A DNA stretch of 64,000 bases from positions 149,925 through 213,924 of IMG/VR virus record IMGVR_UViG_3300042519_004024. The stretch is one strand, 5' to 3'. A program made the translations under genes and the position numbers. Of the stretch, positions 45,528 to 55,421 are shown in pieces (the stretch's first letter is position 1; every line of letters begins with the position of its first letter). The notes under the pieces are model-generated. The model saw nothing but the letters and a program-made list of their open reading frames with translations, made no database searches and was not told where the DNA came from.

Positions 45528-47465
45528 TTATTCAAAATAATTAGGTTCAATATAATCAGCGTCCACATAACCGTTAGGTATTTCTGAATAACAGTTGGGA
45601 CACCAAAAATCAAATAAATCAAATCTATTTCGTAATATTCTAAAATTGTGTTGTATTTGAGGCGTAGTTAACGGTTCAACATACATCCTAAATTGAGATA
45701 TTCCTCCCATAAATGTTCCTCCAAATGTTTGTTCCATTAATATATTTGTGGTTAAAGAAGACAAAGATGTTGCTGACAATATATTATTTGGGAATAATTC
45801 AGGATCTTGAATATAAGGTCCGTTAGTCATAGTACTTGAGGAGAAAATTAAATGGTTGTGTAATCCTTGAGTCCCACCACCAAACGAAAAATTAAATGGA
45901 ACCCCTATTTGTTTTTCTTTTTCAGTATTTAATTCTCTTGGAATTATCTCTTCAAAATTTTCAATAACCATATATAGATATCCGTTTACATAAATTTTAA
46001 GCAATCCCATTCTATACCAAGTATCATCAAACCATTTCCTATCAAATTCAATTTTAAATATTTGACTTTCTTTTGGTGAACCTATGTGTGTTTGTGGTGG
46101 CATTATTAGATTATATGACGCCCCATCAAGTATTGATTGAAATGTTCTAATTCTTAAATCGCCCAATCCCCCTAAATGTAATAAGTCACAGTCTTCTATT
46201 GTTGTATATCTTTCGAAAACCGCACTTACCATAACCCATCTATCTTCAGTATCCGCAGAACAAGGAAGATTACAAACTTCATATATTGGTGGTCCACAAA
46301 CTTCAGTTATAGTGTACCCTGTTTGAAAAGTAACGCCAGTAACTTCACAAGTTCCTGTAGTTATACAATCTCCCGTAATTTTTAAATATTTTACACAGAT
46401 ACTTGGATTTACGGGACACCCACTAAATCTTATTGACATTGCGTTTGATAGTACGTCAAATTTAGGATCAATAGGTGGTTGCGGGACAATTTCACCACAA
46501 GCAGGTTGACCACAAGTACACCCAATATTATGTACCACTGTAGTAGCACTTTGTGGGTATACATAAACACAATTAGAATTAGTCACTCCCGTATCAGAAC
46601 ACGAACATGTTTTTAAACTTTTAGAAGTTGCCGTGACTCTTGTATATGTTGATGCCGTTGAAGGTTGCCCCTCAGCAATATGGTAATATTTATTTTCAGC
46701 TCTTGTACCAAAAAAGAAAAATGTACCAGCATTGTCAGGATATCTGTCATTAAGATACTCGTTTATATTTTTATCTATCGGGTATTGATCAACATTTCTT
46801 GGTTTTAAAATCATTTCAGCCGTCCACCCCTTATTTACTCTTTCAGGAAAAACTTCATAATTGTAACCAAATAATTTGTAAAATCCTTGATAGAAACCTC
46901 CGTACAATTGTTGATAATAACCTATGTTTGGTTCGTTTTTTGACAACACATTATATATAGTATTTTTAGGTATGCCTGAAAATCTAATATTCGGTGATTG
47001 GGTGTACCCCGTAACCAAATTCATTTTAAATCTTCTATCTCTATAGTACGGATCAAACTTATAATCGTTTCTTATACCCATAGAATAGTATAATGTTTGT
47101 CCAGACATTTTAGTATACAAACCATTATCGGTACCAACTAAACCAACATCACAAGCCCCTGTAAATGCCGAGTAACAACTTAAATCGTCATTATTTGGGT
47201 TATAATAATTTTTAGACACTAAAGTAGAACCTGAAGAATATTCATTAAAATCAATAACTAACTGTAATGAAGAATCCGAAGAACTTAAGTCCATGTAAAT
47301 TGGGAGTCTATTACCATCATTTTCAGCAATAATATCCGTAGAGAACACAACTTCTTCGTCGTAATCCCTTTCATCAGAAGCCAAAGTTAAATCAAAATAT
47401 TGTCCATAATTTAATTTAGCTCGGTATCTTGGGTAATAATAACTATTTAAATTTTGACTAGGCAT
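45528..47465 (-). CDS. Cys-rich structural protein, possible LamG/ConA-like fold
   Basis: GWTAEMILK, LKIYVNG, FMGGISQFRMY..PL..PQIQHNF; >20 Cys; late motif upstream. Confidence 0.55.
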   Translation of the reverse strand: MPSQNLNSYYYPRYRAKLNYGQYFDLTLASDERDYDEEVVFSTDIIAENDGNRLPIYMDLSSSDSSLQLVIDFNEYSSGSTLVSKNYYNPNNDDLSCYSAFTGACDVGLVGTDNGLYTKMSGQTLYYSMGIRNDYKFDPYYRDRRFKMNLVTGYTQSPNIRFSGIPKNTIYNVLSKNEPNIGYYQQLYGGFYQGFYKLFGYNYEVFPERVNKGWTAEMILKPRNVDQYPIDKNINEYLNDRYPDNAGTFFFFGTRAENKYYHIAEGQPSTASTYTRVTATSKSLKTCSCSDTGVTNSNCVYVYPQSATTVVHNIGCTCGQPACGEIVPQPPIDPKFDVLSNAMSIRFSGCPVNPSICVKYLKITGDCITTGTCEVTGVTFQTGYTITEVCGPPIYEVCNLPCSADTEDRWVMVSAVFERYTTIEDCDLLHLGGLGDLRIRTFQSILDGASYNLIMPPQTHIGSPKESQIFKIEFDRKWFDDTWYRMGLLKIYVNGYLYMVIENFEEIIPRELNTEKEKQIGVPFNFSFGGGTQGLHNHLIFSSSTMTNGPYIQDPELFPNNILSATSLSSLTTNILMEQTFGGTFMGGISQFRMYVEPLTTPQIQHNFRILRNRFDLFDFWCPNCYSEIPNGYVDADYIEPNYFE

Positions 47466-47475
47466 TCTTTTTTAA

Positions 47476-47503
47476 GATAAATACTTTGTTGCGAGTATTT
47501 ATA
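47476..47503. promoter_or_regulatory. Back-to-back late promoter motifs driving divergent operons
   Basis: AGTATTTATC on minus (47476-47485) and AGTATTTATA on plus (47494-47503). Confidence 0.65.
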
Positions 47504-47516
47504 GGTAAAAGACTCT

Positions 47517-48260
47517 ATGAAAACATATAAATACTCTACTAAAGAAAGAGCAGAAAGAGTTTCTAAAACATTAGGTTGTTCAGGATTTCACTACCACAAT
47601 GAGGATGGTAAAAGAAAATACATGCCATGCAAAACTCATGAGATATTTAAAACTAAAACTGAAAAGGGTAAAAAAACTAAAGAAGAAGAAGTAACTGAGT
47701 TGGTTGATGATGACGGTACGTGGACATCATCAAGTATCCCAATCCTTGATCCAGCATCAAGTATGCAAGGATCAACATTCACCGATAAGATAGTTCCAGC
47801 TGCAAGAAACCCAAGAGATCCATTATTAAGAGGTTGGTATGGTTACTATGGTGAATCTGAAATTAAAGAGGTAGATATGGAAGACGCTTTTGGTTTTGAT
47901 AAAACAAAATTCATGGACTACAAAGAAACCGTAAACTATTACCAAAAAAAATTAAAACTAGATAAAGAAGACGCAGTAGGAAGAGCAATCCAACAAGGAA
48001 AAAAACCAAATCTTCATAAAAGAGCACCTAAAAAAATTAAAAATAAAAAAAACTTTATAGATAGATTAATACTAAAAGAAAAAGGTATTGATGAAAATGA
48101 AGACATTATTGAAGATTTAGTATTAACAAATAAAAGTGATAATGAAAATATTGAGATAACAGATACTCTTAAAAGAAATGTTTCATCATTAAAGAATATG
48201 GCAAAAAAACAAGGGATATCTTTAAATCATTTAATTAAATTAATTAAAAATGAACAGTGA
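47517..48260 (+). CDS. Hypothetical late protein with N-terminal Cys/His metal-binding motif
   Basis: AERVSKTLGCSGFHYH...YMPCKTHE (DUF3721-like pattern). Confidence 0.6.
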   Translation: MKTYKYSTKERAERVSKTLGCSGFHYHNEDGKRKYMPCKTHEIFKTKTEKGKKTKEEEVTELVDDDGTWTSSSIPILDPASSMQGSTFTDKIVPAARNPRDPLLRGWYGYYGESEIKEVDMEDAFGFDKTKFMDYKETVNYYQKKLKLDKEDAVGRAIQQGKKPNLHKRAPKKIKNKKNFIDRLILKEKGIDENEDIIEDLVLTNKSDNENIEITDTLKRNVSSLKNMAKKQGISLNHLIKLIKNEQ

Positions 48261-48702
48261 TTTATACAATAATACAGCAGTATTGCCCGATACTTTGTTA
48301 AAACATCTAAATGATTGTTTTAACTCTGCACAAGGAGATTCAAATACTGAAGGATATAATAGAAATCAAGAATTAAGACAAACAAAGTCAGCAACATACC
48401 AACAAATAAAGAGAATAAAAAGTTGGTTTGATAGTTATAATGGTAATAAAGAAGATGCTCCTTTTATTTTAAATGGGGGTGATAGGATGAAAAATTGGTG
48501 TGATGAGGTTTTAAAGGTTTGGAGAAATAATTTAGATGGGGGTAAAAAAATAAAGAGTGATGCCGGTATGCAAAATCAATACAACGATTCACATGAAAAA
48601 AATAATTTTAATATGAATGCGTCACATTCATCTACCGCAGATAAATTATCTGTTAGTGAAGAAGTTATTAAAATAAATAAATTAATTAAAAAAATAATAT
48701 AA
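48250..48702 (+). CDS. Hypothetical, probable head-associated protein
   Basis: TYQQIKRIKSWF...LNGG..MKNW; C-terminal VSEEVIKINKLI. Confidence 0.6.
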   Translation: MNSDLYNNTAVLPDTLLKHLNDCFNSAQGDSNTEGYNRNQELRQTKSATYQQIKRIKSWFDSYNGNKEDAPFILNGGDRMKNWCDEVLKVWRNNLDGGKKIKSDAGMQNQYNDSHEKNNFNMNASHSSTADKLSVSEEVIKINKLIKKII

Positions 48703-48992
48703 TGTCAGTACAATCAGATAAGTTAGATTTTAGCCAACCTGAAAATAAGTTGTCTCAAATAGCAGAAGAACAAAGAAAAAAATTATTTGCAAGAAATGAT
48801 TTTAAAGAAGAAAACAAATACTCTTCAGTACATCCTGACGCGCTAGCAGATGGTGATAAAATTGGTAGAGGGACGGGTAATTTTGATCAGTACGATTTAA
48901 AGGCTGGAACATCCACCGATATCTTTGAAAGAAAAGATGATTTAAAGTCAAATAAATACTCGTCTAATAACCCATATTATACTGTTAAATGA
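48702..48992 (+). CDS. Hypothetical protein
   Basis: 96-aa ORF, TAATG/ATGA coupled to neighbours. Confidence 0.7.
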   Translation: MSVQSDKLDFSQPENKLSQIAEEQRKKLFARNDFKEENKYSSVHPDALADGDKIGRGTGNFDQYDLKAGTSTDIFERKDDLKSNKYSSNNPYYTVK

Positions 48993-49390
48993 AACTTTTA
49001 AATAATTTAAAAAATATTATTTCAGAGGCTGCGGCAATTTCAGATATCCAAGACTCAATTAAAAATAAAAAAGTTGTAATCATTTATTATGACGGTGATG
49101 ATAATGGAGGTAAGGGGTATAGAAAAATCGAACCCGTTTGTTTTGGGTTAAGTAAAAGGGGTAATCAAGTATTAAGAGCATGGGAAATTGAAGGTTCTTC
49201 TTGGTCTGAAAAAAATGAAGGGAATTATTTACCTGGATGGAGGTTCTTTAGAACAGATAAAATATTTACTTACAAACCGACATTCGATAACTTTACAGAT
49301 GTAAGACCTAATTACAACCCTAACGGGGATAAATCTATGGATAGGGTTTTTATAAACGCAAAATTCGATAATGAAGAAAATATAGCATAA
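48989..49390 (+). CDS. Stand-alone WYL-domain protein
   Basis: IQDSIKNKKVVIIYY...RKIEPVCFG...VLRAW...WRFFRTDKI. Confidence 0.8.
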   Translation: MKLLNNLKNIISEAAAISDIQDSIKNKKVVIIYYDGDDNGGKGYRKIEPVCFGLSKRGNQVLRAWEIEGSSWSEKNEGNYLPGWRFFRTDKIFTYKPTFDNFTDVRPNYNPNGDKSMDRVFINAKFDNEENIA

Positions 49391-49391
49391 T

Positions 49392-50021
49392 ATGGGAACA
49401 GCAGAAGATTTAATGCAAAGACTTGCAGTATCAAAAAAAATAATGGAAAGATCCGAACAAATTAAAAGTGTGGACACAAGAAAAATAAATACACCTATGG
49501 TTGAAGAATTTGAATCTGTAAACGCAACTTATAACCTACCACCTGAATTAATGTCTGAACAGACACAACAAAAACCGTTACACGATCCATCAAAACCATT
49601 AGATGAAAACAGAATATTAAGTTCAAAGTTACCTGATGAAATAAAAAGGTTAATGATTGAGCAACCAATAGTCCAACCAGGTTCGATGAATGGTTCGGTA
49701 AGTATATCAGATGAAGTAATACAAGGAGCACAAAGATTAATGAATATGGGTATAGATAAAACAACACCAAAACCAACCCAAAGAGTAAATGAGGTTATTG
49801 ATGCTACCCCCCCTTCAAAAAGTAATATTAATGTTTCAGAAATTAAAAATATGATAAGAGACGTTGTTAGAGACACGGTAAGAGATGTCATTAGAGAAGA
49901 ATTAAAAGAAGCAGGAATGCTTGTTGAATCAACAACTAATTCTAATGAGGTATTACAATTTAAAGTTGGTAATCATTTATTTGTTGGGAAAGTAACAAAA
50001 GTTAAAAAATTAGAAAAATAA
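49392..50021 (+). CDS. Hypothetical, possible prohead core protein
   Basis: IRDVVRDTVRDVIREELKE repeat; C-terminal FKVGNHLFVGKV. Confidence 0.55.
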   Translation: MGTAEDLMQRLAVSKKIMERSEQIKSVDTRKINTPMVEEFESVNATYNLPPELMSEQTQQKPLHDPSKPLDENRILSSKLPDEIKRLMIEQPIVQPGSMNGSVSISDEVIQGAQRLMNMGIDKTTPKPTQRVNEVIDATPPSKSNINVSEIKNMIRDVVRDTVRDVIREELKEAGMLVESTTNSNEVLQFKVGNHLFVGKVTKVKKLEK

Positions 50022-50041
50022 AAATTGAGTATCGTCGATTT

Positions 50042-50072
50042 AATCCACCCCAAAAAGGTGGATTTTTTGTTT
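50042..50072 (+). terminator. Intrinsic terminator
   Basis: AATCCACC-loop-GGTGGATT followed by TTTTGTTT. Confidence 0.8.
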
Positions 50073-50104
50073 TATTTATATTATAATTTAATAAAAGTTT
50101 ATAT

Positions 50105-51316
50105 ATGAGTAAAATCAAAGTATTAGTATTACCTTCAGATAAAACAGGTGTTGGTAAATTTAGAAGTGTCGATCCACATGTAATGTTACAAAATCTTTAT
50201 CCTGACGATTTTCATGTCGATATTGATTATGAACCAAAAATAAATGATGTTAATTATTGGAAACAATATCAGATAGTTCATTTTCACAGAAGTATTGGAC
50301 ATGACTATGATATGGCGGTTCAAATTATTCAGATGTTAAATAACATGGGAATAGTAACCATTATGGATTTAGATGATTATTGGTTACCAACAAAAGAGCA
50401 CCCTATTCATCAATTGATTTTACAAAATAAAATAAATCAAAAAATAATGGCGAACTTAAAAGTTGCTGGATATGTAACAACAACAACTTCTCTATTCGCT
50501 AAGGAAATTGAAAAACTTAATAAAAATGTTTTTGTTTTACCAAATGCGATTAATCCTAACGAACCACAGTTTAAGGCAAACACAGAACCGTCAGATAGAA
50601 TGAGATTTGGTTGGCTTGGTGGTTCATCACACTTACATGACTTAAAACTTTTAGACGGCACCTTTAACAGATTAAATAGTTTAAAAGATAAGTTTTCAGT
50701 TTATCTATGTGGATTTGATACAAGAGGTACGGTAACTGAAGTAAACAAACAAACGGGAGAACAAAAACAAAGACCAATTAAACCTGAAGAAACTGTTTGG
50801 GCAAGATATGAAGAAATATTCACAGATAAGTATAGATTAGTTACTAACGAACAAAAAGATGAACTAATAAAATTCAAAGAAGGTGATCTTGTTAACCCTA
50901 ACTTCCCAACATATAATCGTATTTGGACTAAACCTGTTACAAGTTACGCAGCAAATTATAGATGGTTTGACGTATCTTTAGCACCTATTAAAAATCATAT
51001 TTTTAACAGAGTAAAATCACAATTAAAAGTTATTGAAGCAGGTTTTTATAAGAAAGCGATTATTGCATCAAATGTGGGTCCTTACACAATAGATTTAAAA
51101 CACTCACTTAAAAATGGTGAATTTACTGATGGTAACGCACTTTTAGTTGATGAGGTTAGAAGTGGTGATTGGGCTAAGTATATGAAAAAATTAATAGATA
51201 ACCCTAATTGGGCACAAGACTTAGGAGAAAGACTATACGAAACGGTAAAAGATAGATACGATTTAAATATCGTAACAAAAGAAAGAGCAGAACTATATAA
51301 AACACTTATAAAATGA
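50105..51316 (+). CDS. GT-B glycosyltransferase (GT4-like)
   Basis: MDLDDYW, GWLGGSSHLHDL, DVSLAP, KSQLKVIEAG..IIASNVGPY. Confidence 0.85.
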   Translation: MSKIKVLVLPSDKTGVGKFRSVDPHVMLQNLYPDDFHVDIDYEPKINDVNYWKQYQIVHFHRSIGHDYDMAVQIIQMLNNMGIVTIMDLDDYWLPTKEHPIHQLILQNKINQKIMANLKVAGYVTTTTSLFAKEIEKLNKNVFVLPNAINPNEPQFKANTEPSDRMRFGWLGGSSHLHDLKLLDGTFNRLNSLKDKFSVYLCGFDTRGTVTEVNKQTGEQKQRPIKPEETVWARYEEIFTDKYRLVTNEQKDELIKFKEGDLVNPNFPTYNRIWTKPVTSYAANYRWFDVSLAPIKNHIFNRVKSQLKVIEAGFYKKAIIASNVGPYTIDLKHSLKNGEFTDGNALLVDEVRSGDWAKYMKKLIDNPNWAQDLGERLYETVKDRYDLNIVTKERAELYKTLIK

Positions 51317-52014
51317 TAAACATACCTATAACTAAAATTTTATTTTTGGACATCGAGACTGTTGGTGGTTGTCCTGATTACGAATCGTGCATAAGATTTA
51401 ATCCTGAACTTGCGGAACAATTTGAAAAGTATTTTGATTGGTTTCAAAAAAGGTTTCCTGAAGATAATGGTTTAGATAAAGATGAGGTGTTCGTTAAAAG
51501 ATCAGCACTTGTTCCTGAATTTGCAAAAATTATTTGTGTATCTATGGCATTTGTAATGGATAACGGGGAAGTTAAAAAACAAACATTTTCTGGTGATAAT
51601 GAAAAAGAACTTTTAACACAAGTAAGATCACTTCTTGATAGATGTCACAAATTAGACTTTTATCTTTGCGGACATAATCTAAAGAATTTTGATATTCCTA
51701 TGATGGCAAAAAGAATGATTATAAATGGAATTATGCCGTCAAAACTATTACCATCTTACGACACTAAACCTTGGGAGGTTAAAGCAATAGACACTAAAGA
51801 AATTTGGCAGTACGGTGCATACACATCTATCGGTTCCCTTGATTTAGTTTGTTCAACAATGGGGATACCAACACCTAAAGATGGTGAAGTAACTGGAGAC
51901 AAAGTACATCATTCGTATTGGGTAGAACAAAAATTAACACAAATTTCAGAATATTGTGAAAAAGATGTTGATGTTCTAATACAATTCATAAAAAAATTAA
52001 AAGACTTAAAATAA
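51313..52014 (+). CDS. Stand-alone 3'-5' exonuclease (PolB-exo-related, DEDDy)
   Basis: FLDIETV, GHNLKNFDIP, YCEKDV. Confidence 0.88.
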   Translation: MINIPITKILFLDIETVGGCPDYESCIRFNPELAEQFEKYFDWFQKRFPEDNGLDKDEVFVKRSALVPEFAKIICVSMAFVMDNGEVKKQTFSGDNEKELLTQVRSLLDRCHKLDFYLCGHNLKNFDIPMMAKRMIINGIMPSKLLPSYDTKPWEVKAIDTKEIWQYGAYTSIGSLDLVCSTMGIPTPKDGEVTGDKVHHSYWVEQKLTQISEYCEKDVDVLIQFIKKLKDLK

Positions 52015-52625
52015 TGATTGAAAAATTTAAAGATATTAAACAGCAAATGGATATTTTAAAAGGTTTGCAAGAAAATGTAAACGAACTTGATATGTCAAAC
52101 CCTGAGGCTTTATTAGAGTCAATGGGTGTAAGTATGGAAGACATGGAAAACCATTTTCTTCAAATGAATAGTCAAATTGAGTTTGAAAAAATTCCTCTAC
52201 AATATGTTAATGAAAGTGAGAATAAAAATCCTGAATACGCATATGAATCGGACTCAGGTTTTGATTTAAGATCAACTGAAGACATTTGGATTCAAGCAAA
52301 CAATAGAAAACTAATACCAACAGGTTTAAGATTTGATATTCCTGAAGGTTACGAAATACAAGTTAGAAGTAAAAGTGGATTGGCACTAAAACAAGGATTA
52401 ATGGTTTTAAATTCTCCGGGTACTGTAGATAGTGGTTACCAAGGTGAGGTTAAGGTAATCATGTTTAACACAACAAATGAAAGAATTAAAATAGAAAAAG
52501 GGCAAAAAATTGCACAGGCAGTTTTATGTCCTGTTATGTGCGGAAAATGGGTTAATTTAGTTAAAGTTGAGGAGATAGAAGAAAAGGATAGAAACGATAA
52601 AGGATTTGGGAGTACAGGATTATGA
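52014..52625 (+). CDS. dut: Trimeric dUTPase with N-terminal extension
   Basis: SGFDL, RSKSGLA, GTVDSGYQGEV, KIAQ, RNDKGFGSTG. Confidence 0.93.
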   Translation: MIEKFKDIKQQMDILKGLQENVNELDMSNPEALLESMGVSMEDMENHFLQMNSQIEFEKIPLQYVNESENKNPEYAYESDSGFDLRSTEDIWIQANNRKLIPTGLRFDIPEGYEIQVRSKSGLALKQGLMVLNSPGTVDSGYQGEVKVIMFNTTNERIKIEKGQKIAQAVLCPVMCGKWVNLVKVEEIEEKDRNDKGFGSTGL

Positions 52626-54046
52626 TAACAATAGGATTTTCAACTAGAAAACATAATCAAGAGTATATTGATTATCTACAAAAAACTTCAATGTATAAAG
52701 AAGTACAAATCATTGAGAAGGTTAATAATGGTGAAAAGTCTTTATCACAAGTTTATAATGAAATATTAAACGAATCTGAAAATGATATTGTTGTTTTATG
52801 TCACGATGATTTAGAAATAGACACCAAAAATTGGGGTGATAAGGTACTTAAACATTTTCAAAAAACACCTGAGTATGGTATTTTAGGTTTAGCAGGAACC
52901 AAATATTTGGACACAAACGCTAAATGGTGGGAAGTATTTAACACTATGTATGGTGTTGTTAATCATAAACACGAAGGTAAAAAATGGACTAGTACATACT
53001 CAAAAGACATAGGTAATAAATTAGAAGATGTTGTTTTAGTTGATGGGTTGTTTATTGTGGTAAACAAAAAAAATATTAAACATAATTTTGATGAGTCTAT
53101 TGATGGGTTTCACTTTTATGATTTAGGTTTTTGTTTACCTAACTTTTTAGACAATGTAAAAGTTGGGGTTATGTTTGACGTTAGAGTAACCCATCTTTCA
53201 ATTGGACAAACTAACCAACAATGGGAAGATAATAGGGCTAAATTTGCGGAAAGATATATGGATAGTTTACCAATAGACATTAATAAAAAAGACGAATCAG
53301 AAACTTTTATTTTTGTTCACGATCAAGATTTAATTATTGAATTTGAAAATAAAAAGAAATTTTCTAACCTATATAATTACAGATACGTTTTTTTAGGTAG
53401 TCGTCCAATTGATAAATTAGAAAATTTTAATAATGTCATTATCGCAAGAGACTATGAGGGTAATTTAGAACAATACCCATTGTTTACTTCATATACCGGA
53501 TGGTTCTGTCTTTGGAAAAATAATTTAATAAAAACAAAATATGTAAATTTATTTGAGTACGATACTCTTTTAAATAAAAATATAGATCAGTTTCACACCA
53601 AACTTTATAATAAAAATGTAGAAATGATTGGTTACGTACCTTTCCCAATATCACATTTTCAGTTTGTTCAAAATCCTGAATGGAACCAACACATTTTACC
53701 AATTATAAAAGAAGTAAACAAAATAGATTTAATTAGTTATTACTCTAAAGTACTTCAAAAAAATCCAAATGCGGTTTGGTCCTCAACTTCAAACACAACA
53801 TTCAGAACAGACATTTTCAATGAGTACATGAAATGGTTCGAACCAATAGCAGATAGGATTAAAGAAACAAAAACTTGTGGACATGCGCATGAAAGATCAA
53901 TCACATACTTTTCACATATAAAAAATAAAAAAATGTTAATTACAAATAACATTTTAAAACATCTACAATTAGATTCACACAAAACACAAGGACATAATGT
54001 AGATATGGATGTAAGTCTTAATAAACTTTATCAAAACATATTTTAA
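52622..54046 (+). CDS. Two-domain glycosyltransferase (N-terminal GT2-like plus second GT-like domain)
   Basis: VLCHDDL, GILGLAG, VDGLFI, GFHFYD; C-terminal NLFEYD and HAHERS. Confidence 0.75.
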   Translation: MITIGFSTRKHNQEYIDYLQKTSMYKEVQIIEKVNNGEKSLSQVYNEILNESENDIVVLCHDDLEIDTKNWGDKVLKHFQKTPEYGILGLAGTKYLDTNAKWWEVFNTMYGVVNHKHEGKKWTSTYSKDIGNKLEDVVLVDGLFIVVNKKNIKHNFDESIDGFHFYDLGFCLPNFLDNVKVGVMFDVRVTHLSIGQTNQQWEDNRAKFAERYMDSLPIDINKKDESETFIFVHDQDLIIEFENKKKFSNLYNYRYVFLGSRPIDKLENFNNVIIARDYEGNLEQYPLFTSYTGWFCLWKNNLIKTKYVNLFEYDTLLNKNIDQFHTKLYNKNVEMIGYVPFPISHFQFVQNPEWNQHILPIIKEVNKIDLISYYSKVLQKNPNAVWSSTSNTTFRTDIFNEYMKWFEPIADRIKETKTCGHAHERSITYFSHIKNKKMLITNNILKHLQLDSHKTQGHNVDMDVSLNKLYQNIF

Positions 54047-54705
54047 TGAATTATTTAAGTTATAGTTTATGGGGAGATAACCCACTATACAATGTCGGAT
54101 CAATTAGAAACTCAGAACAGGTAAAAGAAATTTATCCTGATTGGCAAATGATTTTATATTACGACAATAGCGTACCGTCAGAAACTATTAATTCTCTTTT
54201 GAATAACAATGTAATTTGTTTAGATATGTCTAATAGTGGTATACATGGTTCTTTTTGGAGATTTTTAGCTTCAGATATTGAAGATGCTGAATACGTTTGT
54301 TTTAGAGATTGTGACTCTAGATTATCGAACAGAGAGTTTCTGGCGGTACAAGATTGGATTGAGAGCAAAAAGACATTACACGTTATGAGAGATCACCCTG
54401 CTCATGTAATACCTTATGGTATAAGTGAACCAGGAATTCTTGCGGGTATGTGGGGAATAAAGGCTAAAACGATACCTATGACAGATTTAGTTAATAAATT
54501 TAATCTTGGCAGGACTTTAGAATATGGTCACGATCAAGTTTTTTCTAAAACCATATACCAAATATTTTTAAACGATCGTTGTACACACGATGAATTTTAT
54601 GAAAAAAAACCATTTCCTATTAAAAGAGAAAATGGTAGATTTGTTGGTGAACGAATTAGTATAAACGAAACTCCGGTAACAGAAGATTATAAAATATTAT
54701 TATGA
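54046..54705 (+). CDS. Putative GT-A glycosyltransferase
   Basis: SYSLWG..Y..G..N, WRFL, FRDCDSR, HVMRDHPAH, ILAGMWG, DQVF. Confidence 0.6.
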   Translation: MNYLSYSLWGDNPLYNVGSIRNSEQVKEIYPDWQMILYYDNSVPSETINSLLNNNVICLDMSNSGIHGSFWRFLASDIEDAEYVCFRDCDSRLSNREFLAVQDWIESKKTLHVMRDHPAHVIPYGISEPGILAGMWGIKAKTIPMTDLVNKFNLGRTLEYGHDQVFSKTIYQIFLNDRCTHDEFYEKKPFPIKRENGRFVGERISINETPVTEDYKILL

Positions 54706-55421
54706 AAATAGATTACGCAATTGTTAGTACAGATAATAACCAAATGTACTCTGAATTTTGGGAACCTGTAAAAAAACTTTGGTTTAATTTAGTCGGTATT
54801 AAACCCTTATTAGTGAAGATATCCGACAATAATGATGTTATTGAATATGATGATTGCGTTATTCACAATTTTAAAAAAATTGATGGGATTAATACGGGAT
54901 TTCAGTCACAAATAGCCAGAATGTATGTCACAAAATATTATCAAAATAGTGTATGTCTGACATCAGATATTGATATGTTACCATTATGTAAAAATTATTT
55001 TGTTAAAGATATTGAAACTATTAATAATGATAATTTAGTTATTTTTAGTTCTGACGCATACCAAGGAGTTGTTAGATACCCAATATGTTACAATGCGGCA
55101 AAAGGAAAGGTATTCAATGACATTATGAAATTTGAAGACACTTTTGAGGAGTACTGTATAAAATTAAATGATATGGGATTTGGTTGGGATACGGATGAGT
55201 TATATTTTGGAAAAATGGTTAACTTATATGAAAATCAATCAATAATTACTAAATTAAATCGTGGCTGGGAGTATGGAAGAGCAAAAAAAAGAATAGATAG
55301 AGTTTATTGGACATATGATGAAAACGAATTAAAAACTCAAAATTATGTAGATTCTCACTCTTTACGACCATATTCAAAATACAAAAATGAAATAGATAAA
55401 TTAATAAATTTTTTAATATGA
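54702..55421 (+). CDS. Putative GT-A nucleotide-sugar transferase
   Basis: SQIARMY, TSDIDMLP (DxD), YPICY, WDTDE, RIDR, DSH. Confidence 0.6.
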   Translation: MKIDYAIVSTDNNQMYSEFWEPVKKLWFNLVGIKPLLVKISDNNDVIEYDDCVIHNFKKIDGINTGFQSQIARMYVTKYYQNSVCLTSDIDMLPLCKNYFVKDIETINNDNLVIFSSDAYQGVVRYPICYNAAKGKVFNDIMKFEDTFEEYCIKLNDMGFGWDTDELYFGKMVNLYENQSIITKLNRGWEYGRAKKRIDRVYWTYDENELKTQNYVDSHSLRPYSKYKNEIDKLINFLI

